DNA of 64,000 nt from a virus. This document shows, piece after piece, positions 55,266-64,000 of this stretch. The notes beneath the pieces are model-generated. The model worked only from the letters and a program-made list of their open reading frames with translations. It ran no database searches and was not told the DNA's origin. The stretch lies in IMG/VR virus record IMGVR_UViG_3300025809_000014, positions 1-64,000 of that record; one strand, 5' to 3'. Each line of letters begins with the position of its first letter. Position 1 is the first letter of the stretch. Made by a program: the position numbers and the translations under genes.

Positions 55266-55838
55266 ATGGCAGCCACATTACAATTAGATATTATAGTACC
55301 TCCTACCTATAGTACTTCATTGCTTGCTGTTACAGATGCATCTGTCTATCCAGACAGCCCACCAATTGTATCAGCTCCAACAATTGAGATAGAAATACCA
55401 AATTTTGGTAAACAGATATTACCTTTTCTACCATTAGAAACTAATATCTTTGGATCAGACACTTTAGGAATAACTGAAGATGGCTGCAAACAAGCATTAC
55501 CTGATGGTATATATAAATTAAAATATTCAATAGCTCCAGCATATGTAAACTATGTTGAGAAGACTATTATGCGTGTTGACAAATTACAGGAGAAATTTGA
55601 CAGTGCATTTTTAAAACTTGATATGATGGAGTGCGATAGTGCTCTTAAAACTCAAGCTAGTGTAAATTTAAACACAATAAACTTTTTTATTCAAGGAGCA
55701 ATTTCTTTAGCAAATAATTGTGCTGAGCAAGATGCTCTTAAGTTATATACAAAAGCAAGCAACATGCTTGATCAATTTATAAAAACCAATTGTGGTTGTA
55801 CTGGTAACGGTAACAATTACATAATAAACTTTAGATAA
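55266..55838 (+). CDS. Virion structural protein
   Basis: D.S.YP and LPDGIY.LKYS motifs; structural block. Confidence 0.6.
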   Translation: MAATLQLDIIVPPTYSTSLLAVTDASVYPDSPPIVSAPTIEIEIPNFGKQILPFLPLETNIFGSDTLGITEDGCKQALPDGIYKLKYSIAPAYVNYVEKTIMRVDKLQEKFDSAFLKLDMMECDSALKTQASVNLNTINFFIQGAISLANNCAEQDALKLYTKASNMLDQFIKTNCGCTGNGNNYIINFR

Positions 55839-55840
55839 AA

Positions 55841-56002
55841 ATGGCCCAGTGTGCAAATTGTGGTGCAAAGGTAGGATGTGGATGTCAGTTAACTAACGGT
55901 CTATGTGCTCATTGTAATGGTAATTCTAAAAAGGAAGTAACAACATCAACTTATGTTAACACCCAGATTAACAAACTGTCAGGACTGTCACAAGATACCT
56001 GA
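55841..56002 (+). CDS. 53-aa Cys-rich microprotein (MAQCANCGAKVGCGCQLTNGLCAHC...)
   Basis: Read from the sequence; ATG 2 nt after the previous stop; overlaps the next gene. Confidence 0.6.
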   Translation: MAQCANCGAKVGCGCQLTNGLCAHCNGNSKKEVTTSTYVNTQINKLSGLSQDT

Positions 56003-57872
56003 TTTACTTAGACAGATAGACTGTAAGATAGCAGAGCTTGCTAACGGTGCATACAATAATGTTGTATTCATGTTAGGTGATTGTGTTCCTGCTACTACAA
56101 TTGTTCAGTTACTAGCATATAAACGTATATTAACGTTTAAATACTGCAATCCTCATTATGGAGGATGTTCGTCTGTCAATGATATTGCTGGTAAAGTTAT
56201 TCGTTTAACATCTGGATGTGTTGCTAAATGTAACGAACCTACAGTATGTGAAATAACAACATGCCCTATACCTATAGTACCAAACCCAACAACTACAACA
56301 ACTACTACTTCTCCAATAATTTGTGAGTTTAGTGGAAATATAATTTGTATTCCACCAACAACCACTACAACTACTACTACTATATTACCAGATTGTAGAG
56401 TTGAAGGATGTTTCCAAATTAGAGAGATCCCACCTCCACCTCAATGTGATGCACCTTTTAATACAAATTTACCAGAAGGTTTCCCTGATGGTATAACAGG
56501 TAACGGTACAAAAGTATTATCTAATGGTGTTCAATTAACTACAACTTATACAGGACCAACAATTTCACCTTTTTTATTAACAGATCCTGGAACAGAGGAG
56601 TTATGTGATGGAGTATTGATTAATACATATAATGATACTGACAAGACTCAGCTACCTCTAATAATAGGAGGATCTATAGTTTTAGAATTTGACCCACCTG
56701 TAGTTTCTGTAGCACTTGTTAGTACTGGATACGGATACAGTAGTTTATTAGGTGAGGTAGAAACTATAACTGTAGAGTCTTTAGATCCTATTATAGGTGA
56801 AACATTACTTAGCTGTAGCTTAAATGAAGCTAATGCTACATACGAAACAACTCAAGTTAATGAAAATCAAATTAACTTAACAGGTGTACAAATTAGCCCA
56901 AGTTTACAAACTGGTATTACTGTTATTACACCAGAAGCAGGAGGTATATCTAGATTAGTATTAACTAACACTACAAGTCTTCCATTAGCTGGTGTAGCAT
57001 TTGATTTATATGCATGTGGTGGAGTAGCTCCAACAACTACAACCACTACAACTGTTATTCCACCAGGTCCTGAGTGTACAGAGGGGCTGGATGTAGCATT
57101 TGTAATTGATTATACTGCATCTATGACTAGTGTAATTGAAAATGTAAAATCAGGAGTAGCAGGTATTGTAAATGCTATTTATACTCAGTCAGGTGCTGGT
57201 GGGTATAGATTAGCTCTAACTACTAGTGATCAATATTTTGATACAATAGATCCATATTATGGAAATTGTTTTGATTATTTACAATTACCATTATCTCAAA
57301 GATTAATAGAAGGACCTTTTCCAACAGCAGCACCAAATTCTATTGACACAAACATAGTAAGTACTGCTTGGGAAAAATTTAGTGATAATAATCAAGCAAC
57401 ATTTAATGCACAACTTCAAAAATTAAATGAAGGTGTAGATGGTAATTGTATACAAATAGGAGAGGGTGCAGCTGGTCCAGAACCTTGTGATTATGTTTCC
57501 AAATTAATTATAGAATCAGATTTTGTAGGAGCATTTAGACCAACTGCTGCAAAGCGTATTATTATATTAACTGATCAATTTCCAGGAAGCACTAGAGATT
57601 ATTTTGACGTAGTTACTTGGCAAGGTATACAAGATCTAATTACACATGCTAATGCAAATGGAATTAAATATTTTGTTTTAGGTATGGGTGTTAATTTGGT
57701 TGGTGGTCCATATCCAAATACTAATCAAAGTGTTGCTGGTATATATCCATGGAGAGAGTTAGCAGAACAAACTGGTGGAGATTGGAGCTTTGATGCAACT
57801 TCAGAAGAAATACAACAGCAAATAGTAGCTGGATGTGAGACAACTACAACTACAACCACAAATCAAAACTAA
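55953..57872 (+). CDS. Modular virion protein: Cys-rich N-terminus, poly-Thr linkers, beta-sandwich module, vWA domain
   Basis: LDVAFVIDYTASM (MIDAS-like), IIILTD, ELAEQTGG; four Thr7-8 tracts. Confidence 0.75.
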   Translation: MLTPRLTNCQDCHKIPDLLRQIDCKIAELANGAYNNVVFMLGDCVPATTIVQLLAYKRILTFKYCNPHYGGCSSVNDIAGKVIRLTSGCVAKCNEPTVCEITTCPIPIVPNPTTTTTTTSPIICEFSGNIICIPPTTTTTTTTILPDCRVEGCFQIREIPPPPQCDAPFNTNLPEGFPDGITGNGTKVLSNGVQLTTTYTGPTISPFLLTDPGTEELCDGVLINTYNDTDKTQLPLIIGGSIVLEFDPPVVSVALVSTGYGYSSLLGEVETITVESLDPIIGETLLSCSLNEANATYETTQVNENQINLTGVQISPSLQTGITVITPEAGGISRLVLTNTTSLPLAGVAFDLYACGGVAPTTTTTTTVIPPGPECTEGLDVAFVIDYTASMTSVIENVKSGVAGIVNAIYTQSGAGGYRLALTTSDQYFDTIDPYYGNCFDYLQLPLSQRLIEGPFPTAAPNSIDTNIVSTAWEKFSDNNQATFNAQLQKLNEGVDGNCIQIGEGAAGPEPCDYVSKLIIESDFVGAFRPTAAKRIIILTDQFPGSTRDYFDVVTWQGIQDLITHANANGIKYFVLGMGVNLVGGPYPNTNQSVAGIYPWRELAEQTGGDWSFDATSEEIQQQIVAGCETTTTTTTNQN

Positions 57873-57881
57873 GTAAAGAAA

Positions 57882-60800
57882 ATGATAATATTTATAACAT
57901 TAAGTTTCGCAGGTGCAGAGTCAGGTCCTTTTGATCTGTACTCTGATGTTGATGGTTTTACTACACCATTTGCACAAAATGTAAGCAAGGCTGACCTTTT
58001 ATTAGGTTATGAAGCCGTAGCTCCTGATGGAACAACAACTGTTAGATTGTTAGATTTAGGTGCAGACTGTGCACCCTTTACAACAGATATATACAACTGT
58101 GCTACACCAAATTGTGATTTCTCTGGAGAGATTAATTGTATAATACCAGACTGTAACTTTAGTGGAACAATTGTTTGCCCTGCGCCAGAAACTACAACCA
58201 CCACTACTACTGGATATCCAGGATTCTCACCATGTACTTGGTCAACTTATGGAGGTAACCCTGGAGAAATAGCTGTATACGACTTTAATACTGGTTCATC
58301 AACCGTGGTGTTAGTACCTAATGATTTTACAACCACTTCAGGAATAAACAGACCTATCTGTTCTACATCAAGTAAGTTATGGTTAGCTGGCTATCCTGCA
58401 TCTTCTACAACTTGTGGTAATATTAATATAACTAAACCAGAAGGTTTCCCTAATGCTGTAACAGGAAATGGAACAAAAACATTATCTAATGGTGTAGTGT
58501 TAACTACAACATATACTGGTCCTGCTCCAATATATGATTCACAACCAGGAAATTGGGAGGTATGTGATGGATTTTACCTAAATCGGACAAATACTAGTAC
58601 AAGTGCAAGTTTCTCATTAAAAGTTAATGGAGAATTGACTATGGAGTTTGATCCTCCTATAAACTGTATTCAATTTATATCTAGTGCATGGGGTTATAGT
58701 GGAGATCCAAAAACAGAAGGTGATATGGAGATTGTATCTGTAACCAGTGCGTCTTCTATTATAGGTGAGCAGATTATGCAATGTACTAGAGGTAATGATC
58801 CTGAAGACATTCCTACATACCAAACAATACAGATAAGTCCAAATCAAGTTAACATGCAAGGTTATCAGGAGTTTGAAAATTCGTCTTTTCAAGTTGGATC
58901 AACTAGAATTATATCAGAAGAGAACGGTATTTCAAAATTAGTACTTACTAATATATCTCCAACAAATGTGAGGGGAGTAATTATTGATTTCTATGTAGAC
59001 GATATTTCGGTTACAAATAATCCTACTGGACTTCAATATATTAGAGAATGGGATATAGATACATCTGGTGCTACACCAACTCTATCTTTTGTTAGAGAAA
59101 TATCTATTGACGTAGATAATCTATCTAACCAAGGTATATGGGGAAGTGAAATAACTGCAATAGCTACAACTACTGACAATAATACATTACTTGCAGGATT
59201 TGGTGCAAGAGATAATGGCGAAACTAGTATGGGTGTTTACTCATGGGATATTTCTACATCTGGTAATATTTTACTAAATGAAAGTAATAAAATAGATAAA
59301 GCATCTGTAAGTTTTGGTAATACGTTTGGAATTATAACAGAGCTTACAGGAATGTTTATCACTAATGATGACAATGTTATTCTTTCTGCTAGATACTACG
59401 AAGATGAAAGTCCTAATAATGCAGCAAACCGTGTAAGACAATATGAAGGACTAGACTTAAGTTCTTGGACATCATCATCACCTGTTATTAATTTACAACA
59501 GCGTGGTGTTCCTGAATTTACCACTGCGTGGACTAGTACAAGTAAAGCTATGCCTGTATGGGGCGTAAATGGATTATTACAGGTAATTCAACCAGAAACA
59601 CTTCAAGTATATAACATTGATCAAATAGGACCATACAATGCTACACTGTCAGGTACAGTGGCTGATGATACTGTTTGGATACACACATCAACTGGTTGTG
59701 CAAATGTTAATATTCAGTATGATGATTGTGAAGGAGCTACGTGGATACCTGCATTAACTGAACAAATTGAAGATGAGTGGGTATATACAGGACCTGCTAC
59801 TTTTACATATGCAGGAGTTGAGGTTACAGCTAGTGCCACTCAAGATAATATGAGATTACAATCAGGTGATACTATAGGAGGTATACCACAAGAAGGATGT
59901 AGTGGAATATCTAACCCATCTGCAAATAATGTATTAACAACTCTTAAAGGTTTTGATTTTACTATTACGTTAAGTTTTTCACAGCCTGTTAATAATATTC
60001 CTATTAGAGCTGCTGTACTTAATAGTCAACCTGACTTAAGTTCTGGAGATGTTTATACATTTGACACAAACACAGGAACACCTACTGTATCAATTAGTAC
60101 TGGATGTAATGTTCAAGTGCAAGGAAATAAAATAGGTGGAGGTGTACCAGATTACAATACTGAAGGTGACGGAGAGTTTATTGTATCGTCTGATGAAAAC
60201 TATACAATTTTAACTATATCTGGTGATGCACCAACTGGAGGACCATTATTATTAGGTTGTTTAGAAGTTGAAAAAAACTGTACATGGGCAACACCTTTTA
60301 GAGGAAGTGCTGGAGCTGATACAGTGTTTATATATAACCCACTAGCTAATACATATTTACCACAATCTCTTTCAAATGGGTTTGGTAGTGTATTTGACTA
60401 TCTCAGAGGAAATTTTAGCTCAGAGAATATTTTGTTTTTTGCAAAAAAAGATGGATCTGATCTTCGTATAAAAAGATATAATATAGGACAAGGTTTAACA
60501 TACATTGATGAGATAGTAGTAACTGCTCCTTCTGGTGAACAATTTTCAGCACCAGTTACATGTGCGATAGATGATAATACTCTTTTATTAAATACAACCC
60601 AAGGAACTCTAGGGTACGTTGGTAAAATATATAAACTAGTAATAAATTCAGACGGTACAACTACACTAACATTCTTATTTACTTTAGAAAGTGAGAGACC
60701 TTATTGGACATCTCCGATATTTTCAAATAATAAAATAATATATCAGAGACTAGATACTCAAGATATTGGCGATCCACGTTATATAGTTCAAAGGGATTAC

Positions 60801-61190
60801 GCTACCTTAGATATAGAACTTGAAATAAATGTAACATACTTAGACATTGGTGGATCATCACCAGATGGGTATCTTATTCAGAACACTACCCAGTCTATGT
60901 TTTTCTATGAGGATAAAATGTACATACTTGTAAGTGGTATTAAATTATATGAAATAGATACAACTTTCCCTTACAATACTACATTAATAAATGAAAACAC
61001 AGAATTCTTTGGTCCAGGAGAATTTAATAATCAATATTTAAGAGCTTGGAGTAATTCAGGTGAATGTAGTTCAAACCTATCTTTCATTCCAACAAATGAA
61101 ACTACAACAACTACCACTAGTGTAACAACGCTACCACCAAATGCTCCAAATACAATATGGATAAAGTTTAACCCTGTAACTCCAGCATAG
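57882..61190 (+). CDS. Large modular virion/spike protein with poly-Thr linkers
   Basis: GPFDLYSD N-terminus, module shared with the previous gene, propeller-like segments. Confidence 0.65.
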   Translation: MIIFITLSFAGAESGPFDLYSDVDGFTTPFAQNVSKADLLLGYEAVAPDGTTTVRLLDLGADCAPFTTDIYNCATPNCDFSGEINCIIPDCNFSGTIVCPAPETTTTTTTGYPGFSPCTWSTYGGNPGEIAVYDFNTGSSTVVLVPNDFTTTSGINRPICSTSSKLWLAGYPASSTTCGNINITKPEGFPNAVTGNGTKTLSNGVVLTTTYTGPAPIYDSQPGNWEVCDGFYLNRTNTSTSASFSLKVNGELTMEFDPPINCIQFISSAWGYSGDPKTEGDMEIVSVTSASSIIGEQIMQCTRGNDPEDIPTYQTIQISPNQVNMQGYQEFENSSFQVGSTRIISEENGISKLVLTNISPTNVRGVIIDFYVDDISVTNNPTGLQYIREWDIDTSGATPTLSFVREISIDVDNLSNQGIWGSEITAIATTTDNNTLLAGFGARDNGETSMGVYSWDISTSGNILLNESNKIDKASVSFGNTFGIITELTGMFITNDDNVILSARYYEDESPNNAANRVRQYEGLDLSSWTSSSPVINLQQRGVPEFTTAWTSTSKAMPVWGVNGLLQVIQPETLQVYNIDQIGPYNATLSGTVADDTVWIHTSTGCANVNIQYDDCEGATWIPALTEQIEDEWVYTGPATFTYAGVEVTASATQDNMRLQSGDTIGGIPQEGCSGISNPSANNVLTTLKGFDFTITLSFSQPVNNIPIRAAVLNSQPDLSSGDVYTFDTNTGTPTVSISTGCNVQVQGNKIGGGVPDYNTEGDGEFIVSSDENYTILTISGDAPTGGPLLLGCLEVEKNCTWATPFRGSAGADTVFIYNPLANTYLPQSLSNGFGSVFDYLRGNFSSENILFFAKKDGSDLRIKRYNIGQGLTYIDEIVVTAPSGEQFSAPVTCAIDDNTLLLNTTQGTLGYVGKIYKLVINSDGTTTLTFLFTLESERPYWTSPIFSNNKIIYQRLDTQDIGDPRYIVQRDYATLDIELEINVTYLDIGGSSPDGYLIQNTTQSMFFYEDKMYILVSGIKLYEIDTTFPYNTTLINENTEFFGPGEFNNQYLRAWSNSGECSSNLSFIPTNETTTTTTSVTTLPPNAPNTIWIKFNPVTPA

Positions 61191-61197
61191 ATAATTT

Positions 61198-62520
61198 ATG
61201 AAAGCAACACAAAAAATAAAAGATAAGTTAAGGGAGATTCGTAGATCAAATCCAGGTCTTACTTCTGTCTGGTATGGTTATAAATCATCTAATGGAATTA
61301 ACACAGGAGAGTTAAGTGTTGTATGTGGTGTTGAAAAGAAAAAACCTCTTTCAGAATTATCTGACGATGAGATTATTCCAACTGAAGTTAAAGTTGGAAG
61401 TCAGTCTATTAAAACAGATATTGTGGAAATAGGTAAACCAGAGCTACTAGGTACTTGTAATTCTGCATGTGGTGAAAACGCAGGATCAGCATCAATACCT
61501 AACAGATCATATACAAGACCTGTTAAAGGTGGTTTATCTATAAGTAGTAATAACACTAACACAAGTGTAGGTACATTTGGATTAGTTGTAAAAGATGTTG
61601 CTACAGGAGCCATATTAGGACTTAGTAATAATCATGTTACAATTGCAGATGCATTTTATACAGACTCTAGAGATTTATCTGGAGTGATACAAAATGATTA
61701 TGACCCAACAAATAACATATACCAAGGAACTGAAGGAACTGTTGCTGGAGGTAGTTGGGCAGAATACTTTACCTCAGCAAATATAATTGGAAGAGGTGTA
61801 AGATATGTTCCTGTACACCCAAAGAGTTCAGGATTAGTAAATAATGTAGATGCTGCATTATTTTCATTAACCGAAAATTCTATAGATCTTAATGAAAGCT
61901 TCAAACAAGTAGGATTAGATTCAGTTATAACAAGTAATCTTGCTTTTGCTACAACTTCGGAGATAGACAATGCTCTTGCAAGTAATCCAGAATTATATAG
62001 TTCAGGAAGAACAACAGGTCCTAAAGGTGGAGCTAGTTGTCCCATGAGAATTTTTACAACAACAGGAGGATTCCCTATTTCATATAAAAGACAAGGAGTA
62101 AACACTCAGATTGAAATGGAAGATATTATAGGATATTTTAAACCTCCTTTAGAAGATCCTACATCACAAGATCCAAGTGAACTTTGTTGTAATCCAGTAA
62201 GGGGTGGAGATTCAGGATCTGCTTTAATTGCTAATATAGGAGGAACTATAAAAGTGATTGGACTAGTTTTTGCTGGAGGTGGATCAGGATGTGATGGTGG
62301 ACCAAATTCATATCAAGTTGGATGGGCTTGTAGAATAGATGAAGTAGCTAACCAATTAGGAATCACTAGTCTTGATGCAGGTGACAAACTTACTATTGTA
62401 AATAACGCCTCAATAGAGTATGTAACTCAAATTGGAGGAAGTGATCAAATAAATAAAGAATGTGACGGAGCAACTTATTGGCAAGTTGGTCTAACGGACA
62501 CATTAAATAACCCTTGTTAA
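61198..62520 (+). CDS. Trypsin-like (S1, Nal1-like) serine protease
   Basis: GTFG, SNNHV (His), VDAA (Asp), GRTTG, GGDSGS (Ser), IGLVFAG. Confidence 0.85.
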   Translation: MKATQKIKDKLREIRRSNPGLTSVWYGYKSSNGINTGELSVVCGVEKKKPLSELSDDEIIPTEVKVGSQSIKTDIVEIGKPELLGTCNSACGENAGSASIPNRSYTRPVKGGLSISSNNTNTSVGTFGLVVKDVATGAILGLSNNHVTIADAFYTDSRDLSGVIQNDYDPTNNIYQGTEGTVAGGSWAEYFTSANIIGRGVRYVPVHPKSSGLVNNVDAALFSLTENSIDLNESFKQVGLDSVITSNLAFATTSEIDNALASNPELYSSGRTTGPKGGASCPMRIFTTTGGFPISYKRQGVNTQIEMEDIIGYFKPPLEDPTSQDPSELCCNPVRGGDSGSALIANIGGTIKVIGLVFAGGGSGCDGGPNSYQVGWACRIDEVANQLGITSLDAGDKLTIVNNASIEYVTQIGGSDQINKECDGATYWQVGLTDTLNNPC

Positions 62521-62533
62521 AATATAAAATATC

Positions 62534-63634
62534 ATGTCAAATAATTGCTCAAATTGCTATAACGGATGTACTCAGATATGCTCAGATAAATGCGTTAAAT
62601 ATACAGGGGTAGATGTCCCTGTTCTAGGAATAAAAAATGGAGACTCTCTGTCTTATGTGGAGCAGTCAATAATAGGTTTTCTAACTTCAACACTTGATGG
62701 TACAGGAATATTTCCTGTAGTACCACAGACAGATATATGTCCAAGTTTACAAGCAGAACTAGACGATTGTAATCCCCTTTCATTAAATAATTACTTAACA
62801 GGAATCGTAAAGTTTTTATGTAGTTTAGAAGAACAAATTTCAGGAGAAGGAGGAGAAACACCCTTACCAGCCTATGACCTAGATTGTATAACTATACCAA
62901 CCACAGATACAAGTGACACGTTTGCAGTATTACAAAGTGTGATATATAAGGTGTGTACAGTGGCTGAGCAACTTAATGATTTTATAACTTTTGTTGAAAA
63001 CACTTATGTTAGAATTTCAGATATAAATACGTATATTGAAAACTATATACAAAATGATCCAGGTCAACAACTTATTGCTAATAGGATGGTTCCATTTTCA
63101 ATTGTTGCTGCTACTGGAGGTGCTGCATTTCTTAACAACTTTAATGCTTCTGGTGCTGGTATAGGTGAATGGGAAAGTATATATTTGTGTAATGGTGAAA
63201 ATGGAACTCCTGATTTAAGAGGTAGAGTACTAGTTGGAACTAGTGATGGAAGCATGGGTGGTGCAGCAATGGATGTAACTGTAGATCCTGCTCAACCTGA
63301 TAACCCAACTTATACAATATCAACTGCAATAGGTAATAATGGTATAGTTTTGACTCAAGGACAAATTCCTTCACACATACACGATGTTACTCTTGGACAA
63401 TCAACACCTACAATAACCCCTACAGGATGGGCAGCAGGACCTTACCTTGGTGATAGTATACCAGGTGGTGGAGGATTTGATGGTGGAAATAATGCCTTTA
63501 GACAAAGACAGTTTAATGCAAATCCCCTTCCTCCACATACACATAGTGTTACTCTTGATCCTACAGGTGGTGGACAATCACATAGTAACTATCAACCTGG
63601 ACGTGGAGTATATTATATAATTTACATACCTTAA
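62534..63634 (+). CDS. Tail collar/short fibre protein with Cys-rich N-terminus
   Basis: CVKYTG; W..YLCNGENGTPDLRGRVLVG; LT..QIPSHIH, HTH, H.N.QP. Confidence 0.8.
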   Translation: MSNNCSNCYNGCTQICSDKCVKYTGVDVPVLGIKNGDSLSYVEQSIIGFLTSTLDGTGIFPVVPQTDICPSLQAELDDCNPLSLNNYLTGIVKFLCSLEEQISGEGGETPLPAYDLDCITIPTTDTSDTFAVLQSVIYKVCTVAEQLNDFITFVENTYVRISDINTYIENYIQNDPGQQLIANRMVPFSIVAATGGAAFLNNFNASGAGIGEWESIYLCNGENGTPDLRGRVLVGTSDGSMGGAAMDVTVDPAQPDNPTYTISTAIGNNGIVLTQGQIPSHIHDVTLGQSTPTITPTGWAAGPYLGDSIPGGGGFDGGNNAFRQRQFNANPLPPHTHSVTLDPTGGGQSHSNYQPGRGVYYIIYIP

Positions 63635-63645
63635 AACAAAATAAA

Positions 63646-63972
63646 ATGGCATATCTACCTGTAAACCCTTGCTGCACTGATGTAGTTTTAAATAACCCTT
63701 GTGGATGCACAAGTACATGTAATCAATGTACTAACTCCTGTGGAACAAATGGTACTGTATCGAGCACAGTTGTGTACGATGGTCCAACTCTTCCAGGATC
63801 TGGTGTAGAAGCTTGTGACACAATCAATGTAGCATTATCAAAAATAGACTCTGTTCTTGTCGAGTTAAAGAGTCAAGTTGCAACTAACACTAGTGACATT
63901 GCTTCTATTAAAGAACAGATAATAAACATTAACTCACAAATAACAAACATTAATAACAACTGTTGTTCATAA
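63646..63972 (+). CDS. Cys-rich coiled-coil virion protein
   Basis: PCC/PCGC N-terminus, VVYDGP, heptad repeats. Confidence 0.65.
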   Translation: MAYLPVNPCCTDVVLNNPCGCTSTCNQCTNSCGTNGTVSSTVVYDGPTLPGSGVEACDTINVALSKIDSVLVELKSQVATNTSDIASIKEQIININSQITNINNNCCS

Positions 63973-64000
63973 TGATGACCGTACTACTAACCATATCCCA
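63972..64000 (+). CDS. Start of the next gene (MMTVLLTIS...), truncated by the window
   Basis: TAATG coupling. Confidence 0.4.

Noticed and set aside
1-64000. Stop-codon reassignment (TAG/TGA), known in some Crassvirales
   Set aside because: Terminase, portal, capsid, PolB and RNR are full-length in the standard code, and TAG and TGA end genes at coupled junctions.
1-64000. Prophage or integration functions
   Set aside because: No integrase, repressor pair or flanking host genes were recognised; the window appears entirely viral.

Overview
A 64-kb, AT-rich fragment of a lytic crAss-like (Crassvirales-type) dsDNA phage using the standard genetic code. The host is most likely Bacteroidota, given repeated TTTG-N19-21-TAnnTTTG promoters, A-rich leaders without Shine-Dalgarno motifs and a Q-rule signal peptide. 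Layout: (1) 1-11.9 kb, mostly + strand: tail fibre and collagen-like genes, an oppositely oriented multi-domain glycosyltransferase, the lysis cassette, a second glycosyltransferase flanked by two poly-Thr proteins, and three Lys-rich microproteins. (2) 11.95-42.2 kb, - strand: glycosyltransferases, GroES, a VapA-like protein, RecA, NrdAB, 5'-3' exonuclease, RIIA/RIIB, UNG, sugar epimerase, primase, SSB, AAA ATPase, SF2 and DnaB-like helicases, PolB and many small early ORFs. (3) From 42.5 kb, + strand: HU/IHF-like protein, terminase, portal, scaffold, major capsid protein, conserved structural genes and Cys-rich modular virion proteins (vWA, trypsin-like protease, tail collar). Best candidate novel system: phage-encoded protein O-glycosylation. 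A plant SERGT1/HPAT (GT96/GT95)-like enzyme sits between two poly-Thr proteins, there is also an Aah/TibC-type enzyme, and nine mixed-codon poly-Thr tracts plus Gly-Thr-Ser collagen repeats are candidate acceptors. Other leads: a ~83-nt promoter/terminator-bounded sRNA antisense to early-gene start regions, a three-domain structured intergenic RNA, a non-lipoprotein beta-anchored o-spanin candidate, and a UNG with Asp-to-Cys at the catalytic site. All family assignments are motif recognition from memory, not database searches.
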